IMG/VR virus record: IMGVR_UViG_3300030104_002421
Coordinates: 82,189-146,188 of that record
DNA from: a virus
Strand: one strand, 5' to 3'
DNA: 64,000 nucleotides
The notes beneath the pieces are model-generated. The model was not told the origin of the DNA, searched no databases, and was given only the letters and a program-made list of their open reading frames with translations. Below, one piece after another: positions 28,742 to 38,256 of this stretch (the stretch's first letter is position 1; every line of letters begins with the position of its first letter). The position numbers were made by a program, and so were the translations under genes.

Positions 28742-29570
28742 TATCGCTGTACAATTGGCAATGAGTAAGGACAAAAATGTCCTATCTCCGTCAATGGTAC
28801 GCCATATGGTACTTAACTCTATAAGAGGATTTGTACATAGGTTTAAAAACGATTATCCAGGCGAAGTAGTATTATGTATTGATGGTCCTGCACCATGGCG
28901 TAGAGATATCTTTGAACACTACAAAGCAAAGCGTAGAGAAGGTAGAGACGAAAGCGCCACAGATTGGGAAACTGTATTTGGTCTTATTCATACAATCAAA
29001 GAAGAAATAAAAGATAATTTTCCATACAAAGTAGTTCAATTAGATAATGTTGAAGCAGACGATATTATTGCTGTGGTATGTAAGAAAGAACATAAACAAA
29101 AAATTCTTATCATATCAGGTGATAAAGACTTTCAACAATTACAAAAATATCCTAACATTACCCAATATGCACCTATTCAGAAAAAATTTATTGAAACTGA
29201 AAATCCACAAGAGTATATTTGGGAACATATTTTACGAGGTGATACATCTGATGGTATTCCTAATTTCTTATCACCAGACGATACTTTTGTTAACAAGATA
29301 AAACAAAAACCCATTATGAAAAAGAAGTTACAATACTGGATTGAAACATTGATGAAAGGTGGTGACGCTAAAGATTTTTGTAACGAATATCATTTAAGAA
29401 ATTTCCAAAGAAACCAAAGACTAATAGATTTTGATTTCATACCAGACGAAAAGGAAGATGATATATATAATACATTTAAGAATACTACTGTTGCAAGTCG
29501 TGGCAGTATTTTAACATATCTAATTAACAATGATTTAAAAGAGTTAATTGGAAAAATAGAGGAGTTTTAA
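28704..29570 (+). CDS. rnh: T4 RNase H (5'-3' exonuclease, FEN family)
   Basis: ILID, WRRDIFEHYKAKR, EADDII, SGDKDFQQL, GDTSDGIPN. Confidence 0.95.
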   Translation: MILIDYSQIAISNIAVQLAMSKDKNVLSPSMVRHMVLNSIRGFVHRFKNDYPGEVVLCIDGPAPWRRDIFEHYKAKRREGRDESATDWETVFGLIHTIKEEIKDNFPYKVVQLDNVEADDIIAVVCKKEHKQKILIISGDKDFQQLQKYPNITQYAPIQKKFIETENPQEYIWEHILRGDTSDGIPNFLSPDDTFVNKIKQKPIMKKKLQYWIETLMKGGDAKDFCNEYHLRNFQRNQRLIDFDFIPDEKEDDIYNTFKNTTVASRGSILTYLINNDLKELIGKIEEF

Positions 29571-29571
29571 A

Positions 29572-30036
29572 ATGGCAGTAAATGACGCTACCTATAATTT
29601 ATCTTACCATGAGATATTAATGAAAGTTAATAATAAGAAAGATAAAGCAGGTAAACTAGAAGTATTAAGAAAATACGATACTGAACAATTAAGAATGTTT
29701 TTAAAGGGTAGTTTTGACCCTAACTGTGAGTGGTTATTACCAGAAGGCGCACCACCATATAAAGTGAACGAAGCGCCACTTGGCACAGAGCATAACTGGT
29801 TAAAGATGGAAGTTAAAAGGATGTTTCACTTACTTAAAGGTGGCAATCCACAGTTAAATCAAATAAAAAGAGATAACATGTTTATTCAAATGTTAGAAGG
29901 TTTAAGCGCTGAAGAAGCACAATTACTAATTGACGCTAAAGACGGTCTCCTGAACAAGAAATACAAGGGATTAACAGCAAATTTAATCAAGGAAGCATTT
30001 GGTTGGGACGATAATTTCATGCGGAAGAACAATTAA
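29572..30036 (+). CDS. Conserved T4-like hypothetical protein
   Basis: WLLPEGAPPY, KRDNMFIQMLEGL motifs. Confidence 0.7.
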   Translation: MAVNDATYNLSYHEILMKVNNKKDKAGKLEVLRKYDTEQLRMFLKGSFDPNCEWLLPEGAPPYKVNEAPLGTEHNWLKMEVKRMFHLLKGGNPQLNQIKRDNMFIQMLEGLSAEEAQLLIDAKDGLLNKKYKGLTANLIKEAFGWDDNFMRKNN

Positions 30037-30046
30037 TTGTTGACAA

Positions 30047-30142
30047 AATGTCGCACCTCCACTAAAGTGTTGAAATATAACGCTTTTTTCTTTGATATTT
30101 ATGGTCTTTTTTGTTGACAAATCGCTGTTTTTAGTCTATAGT
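30047..30142 (+). promoter_or_regulatory. Putative early promoter module, copy 2
   Basis: AATGTCGCACCT 67 bp before TTGACA-N17-TATAGT. Confidence 0.75.
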
Positions 30143-30171
30143 ATACCTATAATTAACAAAAAGGATACATT

Positions 30172-30429
30172 ATGAAACAAAAAACAGTTAGAAACGAATT
30201 ACTTAAATTCAAAGACGAACCACTTGACGGTCAGGATTATGAAACTGCCGCTCATTTGATTGCTGGCAGACAGTTTATTGCTGCTGCTAATTTCATTGAT
30301 AGATTAGATAGTTTTCCTAGAGACGAAATGAAAATCATTATCGCTAGAACTTGTAAAACTGTCTTCATTGAAATGTTTGACGCTAACCCAGACCTTTACG
30401 GTCAAAGATACCTTTATGGAGGACTATAA
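30172..30429 (+). CDS. Hypothetical early protein
   Basis: AAGGA SD after promoter. Confidence 0.65.
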   Translation: MKQKTVRNELLKFKDEPLDGQDYETAAHLIAGRQFIAAANFIDRLDSFPRDEMKIIIARTCKTVFIEMFDANPDLYGQRYLYGGL

Positions 30430-30430
30430 T

Positions 30431-30640
30431 ATGAGTAAAATTAAAAATTTTATGTTTGATGAAGCTGAAAAAGCTTTAGATGTTTGTTTAGAAAAACTTA
30501 AAACAGACACAGTTGATAATGTCTTAACATACGCTAAGACTTTAAATGTTGATTGGTCTTTTGCAGGATTTACTCCTGACTATGAGAACCACCAAGATTG
30601 TTGGGACGAATTTGAAGACTTTTTATGGGCAAATAAATAG
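30431..30640 (+). CDS. Hypothetical protein
   Basis: GGAGG SD before ATG 30431. Confidence 0.6.
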   Translation: MSKIKNFMFDEAEKALDVCLEKLKTDTVDNVLTYAKTLNVDWSFAGFTPDYENHQDCWDEFEDFLWANK

Positions 30641-30641
30641 T

Positions 30642-30776
30642 ATGGATAATAAAAATATAATTGAAACAATTAACTATGCCATTAACGATATTAATAATGG
30701 CATGGAAGAAAGTGCCATACAAGAACTAAAAGACCTTGTAAAAAAACTTGAAGAACAAAACGAGGAAAACATATGA
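30642..30776 (+). CDS. Small hypothetical protein
   Basis: MDNKNIIETINYA...; fills gap between neighbours. Confidence 0.5.
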   Translation: MDNKNIIETINYAINDINNGMEESAIQELKDLVKKLEEQNEENI

Positions 30777-31432
30777 AATACTTAACCACGATATTAACAA
30801 TATTTGGTCTATATCTAATTGTATTAGGTTGTAGTCCAAAAGAAATAGAATGTACAGATGATGGTTGTCCAGAATTTGATGTTGATGAAATTACTATACC
30901 ACCAGTATTAGATGACCAAGAGATAAGAGGTGAACTAGATATACAAAAACTAGTGGTACCTGTTATCAGTACAGAAACAAAAGATGATTTTGTTTATTCA
31001 TTAAACAAATGTATTGACCATATATACTCAACATTACCTAGTGAACAACATATACCAAGAGAACTAGTGATTGCTCAAGCAGCAATTGAAACTGGTTGGG
31101 GTAAAAGTAGATTTGCTAATGAAGGTAATAATTTATTTGGCATTCGTACATTTAACAAAGATGATGAATGGTTATTACCAATCACTTGGGACCAAAACAA
31201 ATGGATTGGTTGGGGTGTAAAAGTTTATGCGGACAGATGTGAAAGTGTAAAAGATTATGTACGAATACTTAACGAAGTATGGGCATATGAAGAATTTAGA
31301 GAAGTAAGAGAAAACGGCGGTACTGTTTTTGAATTGGCAGACACATTAACAAAGTATGCTTCTAAACCTACATATACTATTTTAGTTAAAAATATTATAA
31401 GACATAATATATTAGGTGTATATGAACTCTAA
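30773..31432 (+). CDS. Glucosaminidase (GH73/Bax-like) with lipoprotein-like N-terminus
   Basis: IAQAAIETGWGKSRFA, NNLFGIR, YAS..Y; N-terminal VLGC. Confidence 0.85.
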   Translation: MKYLTTILTIFGLYLIVLGCSPKEIECTDDGCPEFDVDEITIPPVLDDQEIRGELDIQKLVVPVISTETKDDFVYSLNKCIDHIYSTLPSEQHIPRELVIAQAAIETGWGKSRFANEGNNLFGIRTFNKDDEWLLPITWDQNKWIGWGVKVYADRCESVKDYVRILNEVWAYEEFREVRENGGTVFELADTLTKYASKPTYTILVKNIIRHNILGVYEL

Positions 31433-31565
31433 AGAAAAACTATTTTGGCGTAGAGTTGACGCTCTCAAGGCATATCTTAAAAAAACTGAATGTGTTTTAC
31501 CAGATATGCATGCCATGTTTAAAATTAAATTGATTTTATTAATGCAAAATGTGAAGGAGTTATAA
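31422..31565 (+). CDS. Small hypothetical protein (47 aa)
   Basis: MNSKEKLFWRRVDALK...; TAATG coupling to next gene. Confidence 0.5.
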   Translation: MNSKEKLFWRRVDALKAYLKKTECVLPDMHAMFKIKLILLMQNVKEL

Positions 31566-32119
31566 TGAATATTTTTTATCTACATAAGGATCCTCAAATT
31601 TGTGCAGAGCAACACCTAGATAAACATTGTAGTAAGATGTTGGTAGAGTATGCTCAGTTGATGTCAACAGCACATAGAATAATTGATGGTACAGAATACG
31701 AAGGTAGAACAAAAACAAATCGTAGAATTAAAAGATGGAAACATCCTACTAAAGACAATATATTATATATTGCTTGTCATGTAAATCACCCAAGTGCCGT
31801 ATGGTGCCGTGATAATGCATATAATTATAACTGGTTATACAGAATGTGGTCTCACTTACACGACCAATTTCAATTACGATATGGTAAAAAACATTTATCA
31901 TATACCTTATTACATGAAGCATTGAGAAACCCACCTAAAAATATACCATTAAATAAACCATTTACACAACCTACACAGGCAATGCCTGATGATGTGAAAC
32001 ACGAAGACAGTATTACTGCTTATAGAAACTACTATATACATTATAAACATAGTTTTGCTAAATGGAAAAACGGCATGATACCTGAATGGTTTAGTAAAGG
32101 AGTTGCAAATGCTAACTAA
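31565..32119 (+). CDS. Pyrimidine-dimer DNA glycosylase-like protein
   Basis: MNIFYL, DKHCSKMLVEYAQLMSTAH, HVNHPSAVW, AYRNYY. Confidence 0.8.
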   Translation: MNIFYLHKDPQICAEQHLDKHCSKMLVEYAQLMSTAHRIIDGTEYEGRTKTNRRIKRWKHPTKDNILYIACHVNHPSAVWCRDNAYNYNWLYRMWSHLHDQFQLRYGKKHLSYTLLHEALRNPPKNIPLNKPFTQPTQAMPDDVKHEDSITAYRNYYIHYKHSFAKWKNGMIPEWFSKGVANAN

Positions 32120-32193
32120 TATATTATTGGGATTAATTTTACTAACACTATTAGGGATAAGTGTTATGATATATGCAATAGGGGAGAAAATAA

Positions 32194-32496
32194 GTGAAAA
32201 AACAAAGTAAACAATTTAAAAAAGATGAACCACCAATACCATTTCATTTTAAATTTTATCTTATCTATTGGGAAGATATACAAAGTGATAGTGGGTGGCG
32301 AGAACTTAAAGATATACAAGCGTCTAAACCGGCAATATGTGTATCTACAGGTTGGTTAGTTAAGAAAGACAAAAAGGTACATATCTTAATGTCAGATTAT
32401 AATTATGATGATAAAGGTGATTTAGCAGATGGTGGCAATACTACAGTTATACCTACCAAAAATGTAATTAAGAAATATGAGATAGAGGGATTATGA
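32194..32496 (+). CDS. Hypothetical protein
   Basis: WEDIQSDSGW...CVSTGWL. Confidence 0.6.
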   Translation: MKKQSKQFKKDEPPIPFHFKFYLIYWEDIQSDSGWRELKDIQASKPAICVSTGWLVKKDKKVHILMSDYNYDDKGDLADGGNTTVIPTKNVIKKYEIEGL

Positions 32497-32861
32497 GGGA
32501 ATTTGTAGTTAATTGTTGGGACGGTGTGATGAATTTTAATCACAACCCATTAAAAAATATACCAGACTTACAAGTAAGACATTTAATATTACAGATACTA
32601 GCATGGATGTGGTGTATAACTTTTTCACTATTCTTTTCATCATGGTATATCTTTGGCATCTCCGTGGTTGCTCACTTTGTTTTAATATTGGCAATAGTGG
32701 TAACTGTGGCAACATTTGTATCTACAGAAAGAATGTATAGATTTAAGTCAGGTTATCATTCTTCTAATAGAAGCAGAGGTACTGTATATTATAGAGATAT
32801 ACATGGTAATGCTTATAAAGTACCATTACCAAAGAATGACCCTGGAGGAGAGCACGATTAA
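32493..32861 (+). CDS. Membrane protein
   Basis: NPLKNIPDLQVRHLILQILAWMW, two TM helices. Confidence 0.65.
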   Translation: MREFVVNCWDGVMNFNHNPLKNIPDLQVRHLILQILAWMWCITFSLFFSSWYIFGISVVAHFVLILAIVVTVATFVSTERMYRFKSGYHSSNRSRGTVYYRDIHGNAYKVPLPKNDPGGEHD

Positions 32862-33163
32862 TGCCAACATATAGATTTTATAATACAAAGACAAAAGAAG
32901 AATATGAGGAGTTGATGTCTATTGCAGAAATGGAAACATTAATAAAAAAGAAACATATTACTTTAATGCCACCTACACAGATGAATATTGTAGGAAGTGT
33001 AGGACAGTTAGATAGTAAAACAGATAGTGGTTGGAAAGAAATGTTAAGTAGAGTTGCAGAAGCACATCCAGAAAGTAATTTAGCTGACAGATATGGTAAG
33101 AAAACCAACGCTCAAATCAAAACTAAACAATTATTGAATAAGTATAGGAAGAAAAAGAAATAA
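32861..33163 (+). CDS. FmdB-like regulatory protein
   Basis: MPTYRF N-terminus, GWKEMLSRVAEAHP; position before phoH. Confidence 0.6.
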   Translation: MPTYRFYNTKTKEEYEELMSIAEMETLIKKKHITLMPPTQMNIVGSVGQLDSKTDSGWKEMLSRVAEAHPESNLADRYGKKTNAQIKTKQLLNKYRKKKK

Positions 33164-33168
33164 ATAGA

Positions 33169-33246
33169 ATTGAGATATTAAACAGCACTAACTTTGTAGG
33201 GATATCATATGTAGCCTGAAGATTGTAAGCTGAGTTTAATCTTAAT
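33169..33246 (+). ncRNA. Structured 5' leader of phoH
   Basis: ATTGAG..ATTAAAC-AGC pairs with GCT-GA-GTTTAAT-CTTAAT; follows AATAAATA late-promoter-like site. Confidence 0.5.
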
Positions 33247-33262
33247 CCGTGAAGGACATATA

Positions 33263-33976
33263 ATGGTAAGTAAAAAGAAAACATTGGCAATATCATCAAG
33301 TGAATTGAATGAAATTAAACCAATAACAGAAACACAAAAAGAAGTCTTTGCTCAATATAAAGCAGGACAAAATCTATTCTTATACGGTGTAGCAGGAACA
33401 GGTAAAACATTTATTGCATTATATAATGCTTTAAAAGATGTGTTGGATCCTAAATCACCAAGAGAACGAGTATATATTGTCCGTTCATTGCTTCCAACAA
33501 GAGATATAGGTTTTTTACCTGGTGATGAGGAAGACAAATCATATTTGTATCAAGTGCCTTATCAAAACATGGTACGATTTATGTTTAAACAACCTGATGA
33601 CAGGTCGTTTGACCAGTTGTATATGAATTTAAGAAATCAAGGTACAATTGATTTTCTATCAACAAGTTTTTTAAGAGGTATCACAATAGACAATGGCGTA
33701 ATCATTGTTGACGAATGCCAGAACTTAAATTTCCACGAATTAGACACCATTATGACTAGAGTAGGACAAGATACTAGAGTTATATTTGCAGGTGATATTC
33801 AACAAACAGATTTAACAAAGACAAATGACCGTAATGGTATATTAGACTTTGTAAATATAATGAACCAGATGAATGAGGTAGAATGTATAGAGTTTGGTAT
33901 ACCAGACATTGTAAGAAGTGGTCTGATAAAATCATATCTCATTCAAAAAATAAAGTTAGGACTCCACTATGAGTAA
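33263..33976 (+). CDS. phoH: PhoH-family ATPase
   Basis: GVAGTGKT, IGFLPG, FLRGIT, IVDECQN, GDIQQTD, IVRSG. Confidence 0.95.
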   Translation: MVSKKKTLAISSSELNEIKPITETQKEVFAQYKAGQNLFLYGVAGTGKTFIALYNALKDVLDPKSPRERVYIVRSLLPTRDIGFLPGDEEDKSYLYQVPYQNMVRFMFKQPDDRSFDQLYMNLRNQGTIDFLSTSFLRGITIDNGVIIVDECQNLNFHELDTIMTRVGQDTRVIFAGDIQQTDLTKTNDRNGILDFVNIMNQMNEVECIEFGIPDIVRSGLIKSYLIQKIKLGLHYE

Positions 33977-34475
33977 TTTTTCAAAAGCATTAGAAATAAT
34001 ATTACACCACGAAGGTGGTTATGTAAACCACCCAAAAGATCCAGGTGGTGAAACAAATTTAGGTGTTACCAAAAGAGTATATGAAGACTTTGGTGGTACT
34101 AAAGATATGAAAGAGTTAACACAAGCAGATGTTGAACCAATATATAAAAAAAATTATTGGGACAAATGTAAATGTGATGATATGCCAGAGGCATTAGCAT
34201 TATGTGTATTTGATTTTGGCGTAAATGCAGGACCAGGTCGTGCAGCCAAGTATTTACAAACAATGATTGGTACTGTGGCAGATGGCGGCATAGGACCAAA
34301 TACTTTAAAAGCATTAGATAGTTACCTTGAAAGTGAAAGCGTAAAATCTGCTGTAGCTACTTACCAAGCAGAGAGACAAAAATACTATGAAAGTCTATCC
34401 ACATTTGATACATTTGGTAGAGGTTGGACTAGACGAGTAGATGAAACTACGGACAAAGCATTAACACTAATTTAG
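33969..34475 (+). CDS. GH108 lysozyme (endolysin) with peptidoglycan-binding domain
   Basis: HEGGYVNHPKDPGGETNLG, FDFGVNAG, DGGIGPNT, FGRGWTRRV. Confidence 0.92.
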   Translation: MSNFSKALEIILHHEGGYVNHPKDPGGETNLGVTKRVYEDFGGTKDMKELTQADVEPIYKKNYWDKCKCDDMPEALALCVFDFGVNAGPGRAAKYLQTMIGTVADGGIGPNTLKALDSYLESESVKSAVATYQAERQKYYESLSTFDTFGRGWTRRVDETTDKALTLI

Positions 34476-34477
34476 GC

Positions 34478-34506
34478 TTGACTTTTTCACTATATTGTGA
34501 TATAAT
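34478..34506 (+). promoter_or_regulatory. Sigma70-type promoter
   Basis: AGGC-TTGACT-N17-TATAAT. Confidence 0.8.
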
Positions 34507-34536
34507 ACAGTATAGATTAAAGAAAAGGATTATATA

Positions 34537-35226
34537 ATGTTTAATCACATTACCCCAACAGGTGATATGCCACCTTTAAAAGCAAAAAATGTATCAGGTA
34601 AAAGATTTTATGAACACCTGGAAACCAAAGAAGTATATCCTTCTATCACAAGCGTTTTATCTATTAGACAAAAACAAGGTCTTATAGAGTGGCGTAAAAA
34701 AGTTGGTGATGAAGTTGCCAACCATGTTATGATAACTGCTGCCAATAGAGGTACAGCAGTACACAATATGGTAGAGGATTATCTAAACAATCTTAACATA
34801 GATGAAAACGAGAAGTATAAAAAACAATTTCTACCTAGAATGATGTTTCAGGTTCTAAAACCTGAATTACAAAATATAAATAATATTAGGCTACAAGAAG
34901 CCCAAATGTACTCAACAGATTACACCGTGGCAGGTCGTTGCGATTGTATTGGTGAGTATGAAGGCGTACTATCAATTATAGATTTTAAAACATCTAAAGG
35001 AGATAAAAAGGAAGACTGGATAGAAAACTATTTTATTCAAGGTAGTGCTTATGCAGAAATGTACGAAGAACACTTTGGCGAACCTGTAGAACAGGTAGTA
35101 ATATTAGTTGTAACGGAAGAAGGAACAACACAGGTATTTAAGAAAAGTAAAAAAGACTATCTACCTCAATTAAAAGACGCTATAACAGACTTTTACAAAT
35201 GGGTAGAAAAAAATGAAAAAAATTAA
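34537..35226 (+). CDS. PD-(D/E)XK exonuclease of T4-like phages
   Basis: YPSITSVL, RGTAVH, AGRCDCI, IIDFKTS, YFIQGSAY. Confidence 0.88.
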   Translation: MFNHITPTGDMPPLKAKNVSGKRFYEHLETKEVYPSITSVLSIRQKQGLIEWRKKVGDEVANHVMITAANRGTAVHNMVEDYLNNLNIDENEKYKKQFLPRMMFQVLKPELQNINNIRLQEAQMYSTDYTVAGRCDCIGEYEGVLSIIDFKTSKGDKKEDWIENYFIQGSAYAEMYEEHFGEPVEQVVILVVTEEGTTQVFKKSKKDYLPQLKDAITDFYKWVEKNEKN

Positions 35227-35611
35227 AGAACTATCATTGTTAGTATTTTTACTAACATTTATTATAATTGTTTCAGTATGGACAACATCAGCAGCTGCTG
35301 AAGGACCAAAGTATGATTTATCAAAAATGAAGCAGAGACAAGTACCTGCTTATTGTGGAGATACTGGGTTTATGTTTGAAACATCATTAGAATTATTTAA
35401 TGAATTACCAATTGCAGGTGCTGAAGTTAGAACGGCAGGAATGCCAGATGCTCCAATCATAGGTATCATTACTCTAACTTATAACGAAGATAGAGGTTCA
35501 GGTACTGTAATGATGACTATACCAGCAATAGGCGAGACATGTGTTCTAGCATATGGTATGAATTGGCAATTTTATAACGAAATTCATGTTGAAGGTAATG
35601 AGAGTAAATAG
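35213..35611 (+). CDS. Hypothetical exported protein
   Basis: Signal peptide, VPAYCG...CVLAYG. Confidence 0.6.
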   Translation: MKKIKELSLLVFLLTFIIIVSVWTTSAAAEGPKYDLSKMKQRQVPAYCGDTGFMFETSLELFNELPIAGAEVRTAGMPDAPIIGIITLTYNEDRGSGTVMMTIPAIGETCVLAYGMNWQFYNEIHVEGNESK

Positions 35612-35808
35612 TATGGACGGCGGGGCAGTACCGCCCACCTCCACCACAGACACGGGGGTGAAATAGGTTCGACAGCTATTAGAAATCGTGCTGGAGTGGA
35701 TAGTCCAAAGACTTAAAACTAAAATAAAAGCAAACTTTAATGAGTATGCATTAGCAGCGTAGGCTGTTAGGGGTTTGCCTTGTACCTTGCAACAGAAACA
35801 AGGCACCA
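35605..35808 (+). ncRNA. ssrA: Circularly permuted (two-piece) tmRNA, tag (A)ANFNEYALAA
   Basis: Acceptor piece GGCGG-GGCAGTA-CCGCC-CACCTCC-ACCA ends 35646; 7-nt spacer; coding piece starts GGGGGTG at 35654 (G3.U70); tag ORF 35730-35762. Outer ends approximate. Confidence 0.92.
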
Positions 35809-35824
35809 AACAAAGGAGATTGTT

Positions 35825-35959
35825 ATGATTGAAGTATTAGAAATTTTATTACCAGTTGGTATCATAGTTGCATGTGCTTATGGCATTGGGTATCTATCTG
35901 GAAGTGAGGCAACAAGAGAAATTTATAACCCAACATTGAGAAAGAATGATTTAAAATGA
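35825..35959 (+). CDS. Small membrane protein (44 aa)
   Basis: AAGGAG SD; MIEVLEILLPVGIIVACAYGIGYL; ATGA overlap. Confidence 0.6.
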   Translation: MIEVLEILLPVGIIVACAYGIGYLSGSEATREIYNPTLRKNDLK

Positions 35960-36312
35960 AACAAAGTGATGAGTTTTATCGTCTATTAGATGAAATGAAA
36001 AGAGTCCATAATCTTAAAAGGCATGATTATGCAAGTAAAGAGGACATCTTTCAAAATTTTAGAACAAGTGAACTAGGTGGTATTCCTGCCTGGAAAAGTG
36101 TAGCAATTAGAATTGGTGATAAGTTTAGTCGTTTAATGTCCTTTGTAAAACAAGGTGAATTGCATGTAGAAGATGAAACAATTGGTGATACTCTTATTGA
36201 CATGGCTAACTATGCTTTAATTTGTCATATATTATTTTATGAACAAAAACTTAAAAACCTAAGCGCTGACGCTGATGAACTGACGGAGCGTTTACTGGAG
36301 AAACATAGATGA
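35956..36312 (+). CDS. Nucleotide-modification-associated domain protein (DUF1599-like)
   Basis: KRHDYA...NF, RIGDKFSRL, DTLIDMANYA. Confidence 0.75.
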   Translation: MKQSDEFYRLLDEMKRVHNLKRHDYASKEDIFQNFRTSELGGIPAWKSVAIRIGDKFSRLMSFVKQGELHVEDETIGDTLIDMANYALICHILFYEQKLKNLSADADELTERLLEKHR

Positions 36313-36521
36313 CACCTAAACAATTCGCTCTTGTAATTGAAAAGAGGGCAAGTACAAAGAAGATAACACACATGGATGCTATACTAAACTATTGTGAAGA
36401 AAAACAAATAGAACCAGACCAGATTACACATTTAATAAATAGAAACCTGAAAGAAAAGATTAAGGCTAATGCACAGGACTTAAATTTTCTTCCAAAAACG
36501 GCAGCATTGCCAGGAGTATAA
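36309..36521 (+). CDS. gp33: Late transcription coactivator (T4 gp33)
   Basis: FALVIE, MDAILNYCEE, LKEKIKANAQDLNFL; adjacent to gp59. Confidence 0.9.
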   Translation: MTPKQFALVIEKRASTKKITHMDAILNYCEEKQIEPDQITHLINRNLKEKIKANAQDLNFLPKTAALPGV

Positions 36522-36594
36522 AAATGGAACCAGCAACAATATCATTAGTTATATTTGGTACCCTATGGATTGTAGGCGTATTAAGTAACTAATT

Positions 36595-37176
36595 ATGAAA
36601 GAAGGATATGAGGCATACAAGAAATACCTTGCTATTAAATTACATTTTACTAAAGATGAATTTGATTTTTTCAAATATGGTGGAACGACTAAGGCAAAAT
36701 ATGAAACCTTCACACAAAGAAATGATAGATACTTTTTTGTCAAGGCAGCCAGAAAATACGGTGACGAAATTGTTGATTATTTTGTCAGTAACTATATAGC
36801 AAACAAAACGCCATATATAAAAGATATGAATGAGGATTCATATTTAGATTGGCGTAAGAGAATAGATGGTTTAACATATTATTTTAAGATTGATATGGAA
36901 AAACTATTGAAGAAAACTGATGGAGATTTTGATAAGTTATTTAAGTGTTATAGAAGACAACACCCACCTATACTAAAGATGTATATGGCAAAAAAGATAA
37001 CACTTGAAACTATGTGTATATTAGAAACTATATTGAACTATAGTAAATCACTAGACAAAAATATAGATGAAACATACATATGGCCGACAGTTAAACAAAA
37101 GATTATGAAGTACAGACCTTTTGTTAAATTTAATATGGAAAGAATGAAACTTGAATTGAGGAAAATGTTAACATGA
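36595..37176 (+). CDS. gp59: Helicase loader (T4 gp59)
   Basis: YLAIKLHF..DFFKYGG, RNDRYFF, ITLETMCIL. Confidence 0.9.
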   Translation: MKEGYEAYKKYLAIKLHFTKDEFDFFKYGGTTKAKYETFTQRNDRYFFVKAARKYGDEIVDYFVSNYIANKTPYIKDMNEDSYLDWRKRIDGLTYYFKIDMEKLLKKTDGDFDKLFKCYRRQHPPILKMYMAKKITLETMCILETILNYSKSLDKNIDETYIWPTVKQKIMKYRPFVKFNMERMKLELRKMLT

Positions 37177-37694
37177 GAATACCATTTACATTAAAAGAGA
37201 GAGATTATATAATGAGTGAGGACTTTCCTTGGTATCTAGGAATACACACAAGCGACCCTAAGCATACAACAACAATACAATTACCAAACACTAAAGAAGT
37301 GCCTATGCTAACACACCAAATATATAATCGTGGTAAAGAGCATAGCAATTTGGCGCCAAGTATATTAGAACAAATCAAAGAAGTAACAAACTACAAAAAA
37401 ATTTTAAGAGTAAAATTTAACTTACTCTTACAACAAGAACGAAAAACAATTCATCCGCCACATGTAGATTGGGATATACCACATAAAGTATTTCTACACT
37501 ATATTTGTGGTGATGGTTGCACAATATTATATAAACAAAAGTGGCAAGGTTTTCCAACAACAGATTTAACAAAAGACATGGAGATACACCCTATAGAAAA
37601 TACTGGTGTCTTCTTTGATGGTGAGACTTTTCATACAAGTACAAGTCCAGTAAAAGAACCAAGACGAATAGTAATGAATGTAGATTATGAATAA
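37173..37694 (+). CDS. 2OG-Fe(II) oxygenase-like protein
   Basis: FPWY, ILRVKFNL, PHVD, FFDGETFHTS, RIVMN. Confidence 0.75.
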   Translation: MRIPFTLKERDYIMSEDFPWYLGIHTSDPKHTTTIQLPNTKEVPMLTHQIYNRGKEHSNLAPSILEQIKEVTNYKKILRVKFNLLLQQERKTIHPPHVDWDIPHKVFLHYICGDGCTILYKQKWQGFPTTDLTKDMEIHPIENTGVFFDGETFHTSTSPVKEPRRIVMNVDYE

Positions 37695-38256
37695 CCATCA
37701 TGTTTTTGGTAATGGCACAAGCAGATTATCTATTGACATTGATAAACTTGAAGGTACGAAATATGGTTGCAATGCAATTTATAGAGATTATTATACAGAC
37801 TATCTTATTGGTAAAGATAAAAATATATGTTCAGAAATATTGGCGTCAGAATGTTGGCAAGACAGAAAAGTTGTAATGCAAACACAATGGCGTAATGACA
37901 GTTTAGTACGAGAGGCATATGAACATATTACATGGTGGAAAGATATAGTGGGTACAAATGATTATACAGATTGTGGTAGTGTTGCATTGACAATCGCTTC
38001 ACAAAATGCAAGTGATAATAATGACAAATATATATACATGTATGGTATGGACTTTGATGACCCCAATAGCAATAAGATTAATAACATATATCACGGTACA
38101 AGAAATTATATTGGTAGAATGGGTCAACGAAAAGGTGTAACAAAAGAGTTTATGAGAGTGTTTGATATATACAAAGATTTAAGATATGTACATGTAAACA
38201 CTAGAATGCCAGAACAATTGGCAGATAAGGATAATGTATTATGGCAGATGATATAA
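37687..38256 (+). CDS. Rossmann-like protein (Maf/MptE/sialyltransferase-like), paralog of 38897
   Basis: VFGNGTSR, YGCNAIYRD, YMYGMD. Confidence 0.55.
   Translation: MNNHHVFGNGTSRLSIDIDKLEGTKYGCNAIYRDYYTDYLIGKDKNICSEILASECWQDRKVVMQTQWRNDSLVREAYEHITWWKDIVGTNDYTDCGSVALTIASQNASDNNDKYIYMYGMDFDDPNSNKINNIYHGTRNYIGRMGQRKGVTKEFMRVFDIYKDLRYVHVNTRMPEQLADKDNVLWQMI

Noticed and set aside
35546-35809. 87-aa minus-strand ORF
   Set aside because: Antisense to the tmRNA, which explains the sequence.
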